A DNA stretch of 64,000 nt, from positions 1,696,001-1,760,000 of the forward strand of contig CAXXDV010000001.1 in assembly GCA_963674745.2 (NCBI GenBank), written 5' to 3'. The position numbers and the translations under genes are program-made. This document shows positions 1-9,516 of the stretch, piece by piece (positions within the stretch are counted from its first letter, which is position 1; each line of letters starts with the position of its first letter). The stretch comes from Desulfosudaceae bacterium (GTDB lineage: Bacteria; Desulfobacterota; Desulfobacteria; Desulfobacterales; Desulfosudaceae). The notes beneath the pieces were generated by a model, which saw only the letters and a program-made list of their open reading frames with translations, had not been told where the DNA came from and ran no database searches.

Positions 1-193
1 CCGAACAGGCGTAGCTCTGGATATGCCGGTCGGCATCGTTGACATGGGGTACGACCTCGGCCAGCCCCCACAGAACAAACGGGGTCATTCCCAGGCTGTG
101 CAGCAGTTCCAGCGGAGGGTAAAGCGGCATGCACCCGATAACGGGTCGGGAGCCGTTTTTCAGTCGGGTCAGTGCTTGCAGAGGTGTTTCCAT
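1..193 (-). CDS. 2-hydroxyacyl-CoA dehydratase family subunit, N-terminal part (runs off window)
   Basis: Manual translation METPLQALTRLKNGSRPVIGCMPLYPPLELLHSLGMTPFVLWG...ADRHIQSYACS; AAAGGA RBS; downstream of acyl-CoA dehydrogenase. Confidence 0.6.
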   Translation of the reverse strand, partial: METPLQALTRLKNGSRPVIGCMPLYPPLELLHSLGMTPFVLWGLAEVVPHVNDADRHIQSYACS

Positions 194-270
194 AAATCGC
201 GGTTCCTTTCAAGTTCCATTGACAGACAGAATCCAGATTGCCAAACAATCTTTCAGCCGTTCATCCTGTA

Positions 271-1896
271 TCATGCGGCGGTTTCCGCCTCGGCCAATGC
301 CAGATCCTGATAAGCATGGAAAAACCGGTCACAGAAATCGTCCCACTGTTCACAGGCGCGGATCGTCTTTTCATCCATATCAAAAAAATGCGGGATGTTC
401 ATCAGTTCTACCAGTATACGGGTATATCCGTCAATAATTGCCGTATCCGTGCCCTTTAATATACGACCGACAAATTCTTCCGGCGGATACCACTGCCTTA
501 CTTTCTGAAAGTCCAGAAAGAGCTGGGTCAGCAGAACGTTTCGCGGGCCTTCCCATAATTCATTGACCATGCCGTCCCGGAACATGCGGGGAAAGCTGGA
601 AAAATCCTCCATGACACCGTGTCCGCCGAAGGAGCTGATGCCCAGCCGTGAAAGTTCGATGGCATCCCGGGCCACGGTAATTTTCTGCAGCAGAATCAGC
701 TGCCGGACGTCAAAACGATGTTTGCGCATTTCCAGGGGCTCGTCGGTTTTCGAGCTGACCGACAGGCCGCCTGAATCCAGTCCCACGGAAAGGCCGCCGG
801 GAAGTTCGATAAACGCCTTGTAGACCTTGAAATTACCGGCTATGGTTCGTTTGACAAAATGGGCGTTTTTTAAATACTGACCGGCCATCATGGGGAAATC
901 CTTAAGTTTGAAGCCAAAGGCAGAGCGGAATTCCCCGTATTTTTCAACTTCCCGCAGACCTTTGGACATACCGCCGGCGGATCCAATGGACAGGGCCAGG
1001 CGGGAGCAGGTCAGCACAATGCCGACCACGTTGGCCACCCCCCGGTTAAGCGGGCCGAGGGGATAGGCCAGGGCGCCGTTGTAGGTCATTTCGGCCGTGG
1101 GCAGTTCGACCGTGCCCATTTTCCATTTCAGGCGGTCGATGGTGTAGCCGTTGCGAATCTCTTTTGTTTTATTCCCCTCAAGCCAGCTAGGTACGACAAA
1201 CAGGGCCACGGTCTCCGCCCCACGGGGCTTGGCGGTTACCACGGAATAATCGGCATGGGCCGCGGAACAGAAAAACTTGGTACCGTACAAACGCCATTGA
1301 CCGTCCTCTTGTACCGCTTCCAGGAGGTTGGCGGGTACGTCCGAACCGCCCTGAATTTCGGAGACAAACTGGGCGCCGATGGCAAAATCACCGTTCCGGC
1401 CGTCTCTGACATGTTCCAGAATGGCGATGGTTTCCGGGGTGTCGGCGTATTTTTCCAGCAGTTCCGCCAGTCCCCAGGTGCAGATCAGCGGACATGCCAG
1501 TCCGGCTTCGGAGTTCTGGCTTAACAGGTAGAGTTTGACAAACCGGTCCCAGTCGGAGGTGGTTTTCGCAAACCAGGCCTCTCCAAAGACCTCTTTTTCC
1601 ATTACTTCCAGGGCGAAAGGGCGCACAATACGATCAATCCGGTTTTTGTGACCGTCATGATGCATCATGTATGGCCGGTTGTCGGGGGTGACAATTCGTT
1701 CGGTCAGGTCCCGCCAGCGGAAAGACGCTTTTTCGGAAAATTCCCGGGCCCGCAAGATGACTGAATCGGCTTCATCACCGGCATACAGCCGGATCATTTT
1801 CTGCAAAAACGGATCTGCTTCAAAATAATCGACATTTTGGCGCCATTCCAGATATGGGTTGAAGGTGTAAGGGTTGTTTCGGTCCGGATAAGACAT
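271..1896 (-). CDS. Acyl-CoA dehydrogenase (AidB-like)
   Basis: Motifs AQFVSEIQGGSD, LYGTKFFCS, IDRLKWKMGT, FGGHGVMEDF, LWEGPRNV. Confidence 0.85.
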   Translation of the reverse strand: MSYPDRNNPYTFNPYLEWRQNVDYFEADPFLQKMIRLYAGDEADSVILRAREFSEKASFRWRDLTERIVTPDNRPYMMHHDGHKNRIDRIVRPFALEVMEKEVFGEAWFAKTTSDWDRFVKLYLLSQNSEAGLACPLICTWGLAELLEKYADTPETIAILEHVRDGRNGDFAIGAQFVSEIQGGSDVPANLLEAVQEDGQWRLYGTKFFCSAAHADYSVVTAKPRGAETVALFVVPSWLEGNKTKEIRNGYTIDRLKWKMGTVELPTAEMTYNGALAYPLGPLNRGVANVVGIVLTCSRLALSIGSAGGMSKGLREVEKYGEFRSAFGFKLKDFPMMAGQYLKNAHFVKRTIAGNFKVYKAFIELPGGLSVGLDSGGLSVSSKTDEPLEMRKHRFDVRQLILLQKITVARDAIELSRLGISSFGGHGVMEDFSSFPRMFRDGMVNELWEGPRNVLLTQLFLDFQKVRQWYPPEEFVGRILKGTDTAIIDGYTRILVELMNIPHFFDMDEKTIRACEQWDDFCDRFFHAYQDLALAEAETAA

Positions 1897-1941
1897 GGGG
1901 GCCTCCTTCTGGTTAAATAAACCGGTTTGCGGTTATGAAAC

Positions 1942-2018
1942 AAAATCCACAACCGGTAAAAAATATACAGCCCGCCGGGCCGGGGTGTCAAGAAAAAAAT
2001 CCACAACCGGTAAAAAAT
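1942..2018. promoter_or_regulatory. Two 23-bp direct repeats AAAATCCACAACCGGTAAAAAAT (1942-1964, 1996-2018), probable operators
   Basis: Exact repeat between divergent ACAD and TetR genes. Confidence 0.6.
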
Positions 2019-2056
2019 GTTTGTTCCCCCCGGTTTTTAATGGTAATCTTCAAAAT

Positions 2057-3418
2057 ATGGCAGATGAAAAAGTTTCCAAAGGAGAAGAAACCCGGGCTCG
2101 CATCCTGGCCGCGGCCCGTGATGTTTTTACGACGAATTCGTTTCAGGCCGCCAGCATCAGGGCCATTGCCAATAAAGCCGGCGTGCGGCATCCGCTGGTG
2201 GTGCATTACTTCAAGTCCAAAACCGCGTTGTTCGAAGCCGTATCCTCACAAATCCAGCAGGACCTGCTGGAAAGCCATGCCGGTTTTTACCATCACCTGA
2301 CGGCGTTGGCGCCGGACCGGCGCCTGGATGTTTACCTGGAAGGTGTCATTCGTCAGGGGTTACGGGAGACCGATGCCTATCGTATGATTCTGCTCAACAC
2401 CATGGAAATGATTGTCCCCCATAAACCCCTGCCCGGTCTTGACCGGATGGCCGGGATTTATCAAAGAACCTGTTCGCTGGTCGGCGATTATGTCCTTCAA
2501 GGGGCTTCCGGGGACCACATCGACATGTTCATGACCGTTTTTACCATGACCGCGGCCCACTTTTTCGGCGGCCGGGCCTTTCATCAAAAGGTACTGGGGC
2601 TGGTTTCGGACGCGGCATATGAGCGCTGGGTCGGCGCCACCTTCAGGCAGATTTTCAGGCCGGTGCTGGAGGCATTGTCCGGGGACAGGGCATTGTCGAT
2701 GGATAAATACATGTCACGATGGCAGGAAACACATGGCTCCGGCAACAGGGGTTTTCCAGGCGGCCGATCGGGCATCAAATCTGAAGAAAACAAATCCCTG
2801 CTCCGGGGCGACATCACCCGGCAGCGCATTATCGAGGCCGCCTGCCAGGTTTTTGCCGTCTATCCCTACGACCGGGCCACCATCCGCATGATCGGCGAGG
2901 CCGCAGGATTTGATTTTTCCCGAATCCACCACATGTTTCCCACCAAGGCGGAATTATTTGAAGCCGTGATCCATGCGAATTTTAAAGCATTCATGAACGT
3001 TGTCTCCGACTGGCAGGAGGGTACGGCCGGAATGACGCCTGAGGAGGTGTTTGTTCACTACCTTCAAAAAGGGTTGTTTTATTGTTTTGAGAATCGCGAA
3101 ACCCTGGGCATGCTGGTGGTCAATATCGCTCATTATGAGAACTACCGGGACGTTTCGGGTTTTCCGTTTATGGCCCGGGTCCATTCCAATATGCTGGAGA
3201 TGGTGAAGCAGAGTGCGCCGGCCGGCGTGCCTTATGAAAAGGTGAGCAGCTGGCTGTACACGATTGTCATGATGGGCTATACCTTTGCCGGTGCGCCCGG
3301 ATATCCGGCCCGGATGATGGGCTTGGAACCAGATTCAGACGCCTACCGGCGACGGGTGTTTGAAACGCTGTTGTATGTTTTTATGCCGGCATTATTGAAA
3401 AACGTGGAACGGTTGTAA
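2057..3418 (+). CDS. Tandem double TetR/AcrR regulator
   Basis: Two TetR HTH motifs (ILAAARDVF...IRAIANKAGV...HYFKSK and IIEAACQVF...IRMIGEAAG...MFPTKAELF); start moved to MADEK. Confidence 0.85.
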   Translation: MADEKVSKGEETRARILAAARDVFTTNSFQAASIRAIANKAGVRHPLVVHYFKSKTALFEAVSSQIQQDLLESHAGFYHHLTALAPDRRLDVYLEGVIRQGLRETDAYRMILLNTMEMIVPHKPLPGLDRMAGIYQRTCSLVGDYVLQGASGDHIDMFMTVFTMTAAHFFGGRAFHQKVLGLVSDAAYERWVGATFRQIFRPVLEALSGDRALSMDKYMSRWQETHGSGNRGFPGGRSGIKSEENKSLLRGDITRQRIIEAACQVFAVYPYDRATIRMIGEAAGFDFSRIHHMFPTKAELFEAVIHANFKAFMNVVSDWQEGTAGMTPEEVFVHYLQKGLFYCFENRETLGMLVVNIAHYENYRDVSGFPFMARVHSNMLEMVKQSAPAGVPYEKVSSWLYTIVMMGYTFAGAPGYPARMMGLEPDSDAYRRRVFETLLYVFMPALLKNVERL

Positions 3419-3466
3419 AATGCAGCAGAGCCTGGCTGCTTCGACCAAGCGCAGGTCGTGACTCGC

Positions 3467-3575
3467 GTAGGGGCACCCCCCTGTGGGTGCCCTTTTATCG
3501 GGCGGCCACAGGGGGCCGCCCCTACAACATTGGCGAATGGTCGTGAACGCACGTAGGGGCACGGCGTGCCTGCCC
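3467..3575. repeat. GTAG-type REP-like palindrome cluster
   Basis: GTAGGGGCACCCCCCTGTGGGTGCCC, inverted partner GGGCGGCCACAGGGGGCCGCCCCTAC, third copy GTAGGGGCACGGCGTGCC; between convergent genes. Confidence 0.65.
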
Positions 3576-4180
3576 TAAAGGGTGATAACCTTGTCGGCCA
3601 GCTGCATGGCCGTAACAATATCCAGCATGTTGGTGGTCTGGCCCACCTGTTTTTTGTCCAGAAGGTCAAAATGGTCCAGGCAGGTGCCGCAGACCAGGAT
3701 GGTCAGGCCGTTTTTTTCGTAACCTTTTAAGTCGTCGAGTACGGCCGAGCCTTCAATGGCCATCTTGACACCGTTGTTGACCAGTACCAGGCGCCAGAGG
3801 TCATCGCCCATTTCCTTTAAGGTGCGGATATAGTTCACCATCAGTTTCAGCCCCAGGGCGTCGTCACCAAACCCCAGGCGATCGGTGGCGCACATGACCA
3901 TGATGCGGGTCTGCTCCTCCGGTGATTCAGTCGATCCGGCGGATGGTCCGGGGGCGGGGGCTGCCGCTGCGTCACGTGAAGCGGTGAGGAGAAAATCGTC
4001 TCCCTGCTCCTGAACATTGATGGTAAATCCCTGTGACTCCAGAAAGCGGAGCACGTTCTGCAGGGAGGCCTTGTTATCCACCAGAACATTAACGGCATTG
4101 AGCGGTTCTGATTCAATGGCGGCCTTGGTCTGCAAAACCGGGGCGGGGCAGGAAAGCCCCCGGGCATCAATCTGCTTCAT
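3575..4180 (-). CDS. yedF: Sulfurtransferase-like selenium metabolism protein (TusA + DsrE domains)
   Basis: IDARGLSCPAPV N-terminus; LVCGTCLDHF, VGQTTNM C-terminus. Confidence 0.85.
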   Translation of the reverse strand: MKQIDARGLSCPAPVLQTKAAIESEPLNAVNVLVDNKASLQNVLRFLESQGFTINVQEQGDDFLLTASRDAAAAPAPGPSAGSTESPEEQTRIMVMCATDRLGFGDDALGLKLMVNYIRTLKEMGDDLWRLVLVNNGVKMAIEGSAVLDDLKGYEKNGLTILVCGTCLDHFDLLDKKQVGQTTNMLDIVTAMQLADKVITL

Positions 4181-4193
4181 CTGATCATCTCCT

Positions 4194-4817
4194 TCAATGA
4201 TTTAATGCCGGGGCATACACATCATGCCGGTCGGGAATTTCAGGCCGGCATCGTCCGTCGCGAATGGCGTCAATCAAGTCCTGCCGGTTGTGAATCGGTG
4301 TTTCAAAACGGGTTACCACACGGCCGACCTCAGCCGGCGAGTGGGCGTCGCTGCCGCCGGTTTCAACAAGATGATACCGGTTCCGCCACTGGCTGGCCTG
4401 AAGATTTTCAATGACGGTATTACGGCCGTTGACGCTTTCCATGGCCGGGCATAGGCCAGCCGCAATCGGGTGTTCGGAAACCGGACGTATTTTTCGAAAG
4501 GGGTGTGCGGCCACGGCCACGCCGCCGGTGTTCCGGACATGGATCAGCAGGTCATCGGCGGCCATGTTTTTGGGGAGTTCTTCATACGGGCCGAAAATCA
4601 GAAAATCACCGTCGGCCGTGGTATATTCCATACCAAAAATAACCGTCAGGCCGTTTTCCTGGCGGCCCTCTGTCAGGTGGTGGCGGATGTTCATGGTCTG
4701 GTGATCGGTGACACAAATGCCATCGATACCGGCCAGCGCAGCGCTTTCCAGCAGTGTGTCAGTGCCCAGCACGCTGCACGGAGACAGGTTTGTGTGTATG
4801 TGAATATCAAACAACAT
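4194..4817 (-). CDS. PHP-family metal-dependent phosphoesterase
   Basis: DIHIHT, VTDH, AHPFR, GGSDAH motifs. Confidence 0.85.
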   Translation of the reverse strand: MLFDIHIHTNLSPCSVLGTDTLLESAALAGIDGICVTDHQTMNIRHHLTEGRQENGLTVIFGMEYTTADGDFLIFGPYEELPKNMAADDLLIHVRNTGGVAVAAHPFRKIRPVSEHPIAAGLCPAMESVNGRNTVIENLQASQWRNRYHLVETGGSDAHSPAEVGRVVTRFETPIHNRQDLIDAIRDGRCRPEIPDRHDVYAPALNH

Positions 4818-4933
4818 AATTAAATAATGATATCGGAAGGGTGAAAAATCAAATTGATTGTTTCAATGCGCAGTGGCGTTTGTATAGAAAAAGCCGATGA
4901 ATTCGGGAAAAGGCCGGAATCGGTGCCCCCGGT

Positions 4934-6160
4934 TTATCTCCGCCGCTTCAGGTCCTGCTTTTCAGCGGCACTGAAGATGCCCGGCAGTTGCCGGATACCT
5001 TCCACAACCATGCTGTTGATGTTGAAAAAGGTGATGCCGCGATTGCTCCCCAGGTGTTCGGTGATGGCGGACATGGGCCATTTGGCCATGCGTACATAGA
5101 TATGGCTGCTGTTAACGTCCCGGGCCAGGATCATGGCGGCGGTAATGTTGCCGATATCATCATCCGTACACAGAAAAAAGGCTTTTTCAGGGCTGTCCGT
5201 CAGGTGCAGGGTCTGGATGCAGGCCTGAGAAAAAGTCACCCGGTCGGCCAGATCCAGGTCGGCCGCCAGGGAAGCGACTTCTTCGGTCAGGTCCCGGGTG
5301 TCGATAATTTCAAAGCTTCGTGCTTTCGGGTTACGCATATCCCGGGACAGGACGTCAAGCAGGTCGCGGCCGAACTTGCCGAAACCGAGAATGGTAATAT
5401 GTTTGATATCCCGGCGAGTGTCCCGGTTAAAATGCCGGGCAATCATGTTGGTGGCGGCAATGCGGTAGGTATCAAAATAACGAATGCCCAGCACCCCTTC
5501 GGTACGAAAGATCCGGCGCGCGGTTTCAGCCAGTTTTTCATTGGCGATATGTGCCCAGAGGAGGCGTATCCGGCCCTCGGGTGCCCGCATCCAGTCATAG
5601 GCACCGACAACCCCTTCGAGGTTGGCCAGGTCGTCACCCGACGCGAAAATCATGGCCCGGCAACGCGCCGCGCCTGCCTTTTCGAGCACCAGCCGGGAAT
5701 GAAAACTCCCCTGGATCATGGAAACATGGTGCTCGGCGCACCAGTCATCAAAGCATTCCGGATCTCCCCAGTCAATTCCGACCACCCTTACCCCGGCCTG
5801 CTTGAGGGTTTCGGCCAGCAGTTTACCGGTCCGGCCGACGCCGCAGATCAACACATGCCCCTTCAGCCAGCGCGTGGCCAGCAGCGGAGAATGCTTTAAA
5901 AAATAGGAGATGGCCGTGCCCGCGGCCGACAGGGCAATTGCCGGTGCGAAAAAATAAATAAAAATCAAAGGCGGATGGGATGGAAAGGCCGGCAGATCAT
6001 GTTCCAGAATAAACAGGCGGATGGTAAAATAAAGCGCCCCCCAGAAGTCCAGTCCCGGGCTCGCTTTTGGAAAGTAAATGATCCCGATGACCATTACCAA
6101 GGTGATACTCAGCGTCCAGGCCATGATCTTAAGGGACAGTTTGCGGTTGGTGTTTTTCAT
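4934..6160 (-). CDS. Potassium channel-like protein with two TrkA-N (RCK) domains
   Basis: N-terminal TM/pore segment; ICGVGRTG and ILGFGKFG Rossmann motifs. Confidence 0.7.
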   Translation of the reverse strand: MKNTNRKLSLKIMAWTLSITLVMVIGIIYFPKASPGLDFWGALYFTIRLFILEHDLPAFPSHPPLIFIYFFAPAIALSAAGTAISYFLKHSPLLATRWLKGHVLICGVGRTGKLLAETLKQAGVRVVGIDWGDPECFDDWCAEHHVSMIQGSFHSRLVLEKAGAARCRAMIFASGDDLANLEGVVGAYDWMRAPEGRIRLLWAHIANEKLAETARRIFRTEGVLGIRYFDTYRIAATNMIARHFNRDTRRDIKHITILGFGKFGRDLLDVLSRDMRNPKARSFEIIDTRDLTEEVASLAADLDLADRVTFSQACIQTLHLTDSPEKAFFLCTDDDIGNITAAMILARDVNSSHIYVRMAKWPMSAITEHLGSNRGITFFNINSMVVEGIRQLPGIFSAAEKQDLKRRR

Positions 6161-6280
6161 ACCGGCGTCCGAATATGTAAAAGATTATTCAGGGTATGAT
6201 ATCTTTTTCCATGCGATTGATAAATGCAATAATGAACAGGAAAAATAAAATATTCATCAGGAAAAGGTTCTTCCGCAATG

Positions 6281-6994
6281 TCAAGATTGCCGAAGCCTGC
6301 CTTGTGAATCCAGCGCTGCATGCATTCTGCTCCGACTTTTCGCTTCAGCTTCTGGAACAGGGGCTCGTTTTTCATCACTATCTACTGGAATTAGAATCTC
6401 ATTGCGTCGCAGGAACCATGGCGTGAAAGGCGGGTTGTAACGCGCCCAGACCGGTTCGCCCAGAATTCTGAATCCGTTTTCTGCAATCCAGGCCTCAAGT
6501 TCCTTCAGGTATCGAAGGTAGCGCTTCTCACTCCATGTACCGGAATACCGTACGCAGGCCATCCGGCGTGCTTTTATCCGGCGCAACTTGACATCCGGGT
6601 TATTCGGGACCGGTAAGGTCTCCAGTGTATATGACATGGGCATCATGAATGAAACCAGCCACCCTCCGGCCGTGGGTTTCTGTCCGACAGGTGCTGTCAT
6701 GGCGATCTTTTCTGATGACGGTTTCTGGGTTACCGGCGACGTCATCGATATGCTTTGCCGTGATTGATTCTCACCGGATATGTAATTAAACAACCGTTTG
6801 AAAGCCTTGTCTCCGGCATCCTCAAGAGGGCCCCCGACTTCGGTCTCCGCTATAATATAAGGTGGATAATCGCGGAGTTCAAAATTATTTGTCTGTCTCA
6901 GGAGTTTGTATCTGGCCTCCTCGACTGAGGTGGCACACCCTGCCGCAAAACCCGTCAGCAGGATTAAAACAATGATTGATTTTATGTGCTGCAT
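6281..6994 (-). CDS. SOUL heme-binding lipoprotein
   Basis: Lipobox AAGC; FKRLFNYISGEN, IAMTAPV, ARYNPPFTPWFLRRNEI. Confidence 0.85.
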   Translation of the reverse strand: MQHIKSIIVLILLTGFAAGCATSVEEARYKLLRQTNNFELRDYPPYIIAETEVGGPLEDAGDKAFKRLFNYISGENQSRQSISMTSPVTQKPSSEKIAMTAPVGQKPTAGGWLVSFMMPMSYTLETLPVPNNPDVKLRRIKARRMACVRYSGTWSEKRYLRYLKELEAWIAENGFRILGEPVWARYNPPFTPWFLRRNEILIPVDSDEKRAPVPEAEAKSRSRMHAALDSQGRLRQS

Positions 6995-7022
6995 TACAGT
7001 TACCCCCCTTGATCGTTTTGCC

Positions 7023-7083
7023 GATTAACGCTGCTTATCAGCGGCGCGGGTTGCCGGCGTCAGCTGAAACGCTTTTGTTCGCC
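7023..7083 (-). mobile_element. attC-like site (61 bp)
   Basis: Minus strand GGCGAAC-AAAAGCGTTTCAGCTGACG...CGCCGCTGATAAGCAGC-GTTAATC, imperfect hairpin directly after serine hydrolase stop. Confidence 0.55.
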
Positions 7084-7097
7084 CGATATCGTTTCGA

Positions 7098-8423
7098 TCA
7101 CTGTTTCATAAGATATTCGGCTACGGCCTGATAGGCCGGCAGCGAGGTCGGGTCGATCTTAGCATTCTTTGCCACGGGAAAAGAGGAAAAGCGTACGATT
7201 ACCATCTCTGCGGCCGGGTCTATATATATCGTCTGCCCGTGTACCCCCCGGGCGGCAAAAGCCCCGTGCTTATTATGAAAAACCCACCACATACTGCGAT
7301 AGCTGCCGCCGGCGAGGGTTTTGTAACCCGCCCTGGCAAAAGCAGCCCTGTCGCCTCCGGCCCGGATCTTGTCGGTAACCGCTTTCTGGAACAACCGTTG
7401 TCCATTGATCTCGCCGCCGTCAAGCATCAACAGGCCGATGCGTCCCAAATCCCGCAAACCGGCGCTGAGCCCCCCGCCCGCGAATGGCGTACCCTTGGCG
7501 TCCACCGTCATATACCCGTCCTGTTCCGCACCCATCCTGCTCCAGATGCGCTCTGACAGCAGTTGTGCCAGGTCCTTGCCGGTTGCCCGCGAGACAATCC
7601 ATCCCAGGGCATCCGTATTGACGGTTTTGTAGCCAAAAGTGTCGCCATGAGCACCCTTTTGTTTGACGGTTTGGAGATATTCGAAATAGCCATTGGGGCC
7701 TATGTAGCCCCCGGGTTTGGGTAAAGGGCTTGCCGCTTTTGAATATACCCAGATGTCGGCTTCGGGGTCGGCGTAGTCCTCGCTGTAATCAAGAGCGGTG
7801 GTCATGTCCATGATCTGGCGCACGGTGGCACTCCCGAACGCGCTTTCCTTGAGCTCGGGAACCAGGGTTTCAACCCTGGCCGTTTCATCAAGCCGGCCCT
7901 CTGCCACGAGAATCTCGGCCAGGAGCCCTGTCAGGGACTTGGTCATGGACATGGCCGCATGCTTACCCGCCTCGTTCAAAGCGCCGAAGTATCGCTCATA
8001 AACGACGTTACCCTTGTGAATGATGAGAATCCCGTCCGTGTAGTTCGCCGATAGCGATTCCTTCCAGGTCATCGGATCTTTGCCGCCGATGGGCGTAAAG
8101 GTCAGCTCATCGATTCCCTGTTTTAAGGCGTACTTCAGCGGTACCGGTGCGCCGATGCCCCGGCTGACTTGTTTTGTGGGCATGAGTTCACGGATGTGGC
8201 ATACGGTCCAGCGCAGTTTCGGAAAGCTGAAGAAGTCGGATTCCGGCTGCATGATCAGCTTTTCGGCCGGCGGCGGAAAACCCTTCATCCAACCCAGTAC
8301 GGCCGGGTCGGACGCTTCTGCGCTCAGCGGATTGACGGTTTGCGCATAGGCACCGCCCGATATGGCCAGCAGGACAATCCCTCCGATGAGTCCCAGCAAA
8401 GACGTTCGATTAAGAAGCAACAT
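7098..8423 (-). CDS. Serine hydrolase, beta-lactamase fold (NylB/6-aminohexanoate-dimer hydrolase-like), exported
   Basis: SMTK (SxxK), FGYKT, ARGVHGQ motifs; signal peptide. Confidence 0.8.
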   Translation of the reverse strand: MLLLNRTSLLGLIGGIVLLAISGGAYAQTVNPLSAEASDPAVLGWMKGFPPPAEKLIMQPESDFFSFPKLRWTVCHIRELMPTKQVSRGIGAPVPLKYALKQGIDELTFTPIGGKDPMTWKESLSANYTDGILIIHKGNVVYERYFGALNEAGKHAAMSMTKSLTGLLAEILVAEGRLDETARVETLVPELKESAFGSATVRQIMDMTTALDYSEDYADPEADIWVYSKAASPLPKPGGYIGPNGYFEYLQTVKQKGAHGDTFGYKTVNTDALGWIVSRATGKDLAQLLSERIWSRMGAEQDGYMTVDAKGTPFAGGGLSAGLRDLGRIGLLMLDGGEINGQRLFQKAVTDKIRAGGDRAAFARAGYKTLAGGSYRSMWWVFHNKHGAFAARGVHGQTIYIDPAAEMVIVRFSSFPVAKNAKIDPTSLPAYQAVAEYLMKQ

Positions 8424-8447
8424 GTTCTTTCCTTCATGTTTACCGTG

Positions 8448-8543
8448 GGTTAACGGCGTCTGAAGTCAATGGCAGCCAGGGCTTCCACCGACTTTTCTGG
8501 ACCCGAATGCCCTGGCTGTCCACTTGAGCTTCGTCAGTTCTTA
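8448..8543 (-). mobile_element. Degenerate attC-like site, same family as 45813-45936
   Basis: GGACAGCCAGGGC...GCCCTGGCTG stem shared with attC at 45813; ends GTTAACC; overlaps stop of upstream gene. Confidence 0.55.
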
Positions 8544-9115
8544 ATTATTTCAATATCAGGTAAATTGTCAGCCACTTCCTGAAATGAGTTTGATGATTCC
8601 AGAACTTCCTTGATTTCAGGTAGTGGGTCTGACCATATTTCTTGTAAATCTGCCTCACCCTCATTAACGATTTGGAAAGCAAGTTTTTCTACGGGAGGTA
8701 TGAATTCTGTAAAGATATCTTCTTTATTCCCTCTTGCATCAATGCGATACCATCCAATATCTGGTAAATATACAGCATTGAGGCCATGTAAGCAGAATGG
8801 CGGCTTATCATTTTCAACGGTAAGCCGCTGATAACAGAGTCCTGTCGGGATTCTGTTTGCTCTGAGCAAAGCGGCCAATAGATGACTTTTGGCATAGCAA
8901 AATCCTGTTTTGTGTTCGAGTACATCTGAAGCTTTGCATGTAACAGGATTGAGTTGGTAATCGTTGCTATGCTTTATTTCATCACGGACATATATAAAAC
9001 ATTTTTTTGCGATTTCCACTGAACGATCAATGCCTTGAGCAAGAGCCTTTGCTTTCGTCAAGACTTTGGGATTATCCCAGTCAATGATTGCACTTGATAT
9101 CAAATATTTGTTCAT
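8534..9115 (-). CDS. Transglutaminase-like protein
   Basis: GFCYAKSHLLAALLR, CLHGLNAV, WYRIDARG (C-H-D triad); AT-rich. Confidence 0.85.
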   Translation of the reverse strand: MNKYLISSAIIDWDNPKVLTKAKALAQGIDRSVEIAKKCFIYVRDEIKHSNDYQLNPVTCKASDVLEHKTGFCYAKSHLLAALLRANRIPTGLCYQRLTVENDKPPFCLHGLNAVYLPDIGWYRIDARGNKEDIFTEFIPPVEKLAFQIVNEGEADLQEIWSDPLPEIKEVLESSNSFQEVADNLPDIEIIKN

Positions 9116-9516
9116 AAGTTCATTTTAGCATGGGCGCTGACTTTATTATTGTGATTTTCGTTTTTCGTGTGGAAAAGTATTCTTTTAGCAGTTAAATCAA
9201 TATAAAAACTTATGTCAATAAATTAAAATTCAATAAAACAAATCCGTTGATCTATAATTTATGAACTTTTATAACGGTTGAGATTAAACGCCGGGGGCAC
9301 AGACCCGGAGTCGTGATCATGGTTTGAATAATCTGATAATATGGCTGCCGGTTAATACAGAACAGAAATTTTGGTCGGCTGAAATTTGGCGGTATTTAGA
9401 TAAGAAAAAAGATATCGATGCCCAGGGCCATGAAGTTTTTTATGTTTGTGTTGTGGTATGGTAATATTAAATAAGCACTTTTACTCACTGTTTTGGAATT
9501 AATCTTGGAAGTCGGT

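Noticed and set aside
1895..2056. N-terminal extension of TetR with repeated KSTTGKK
   Set aside because: Translation of the intergenic DNA repeat; real start probably 2057
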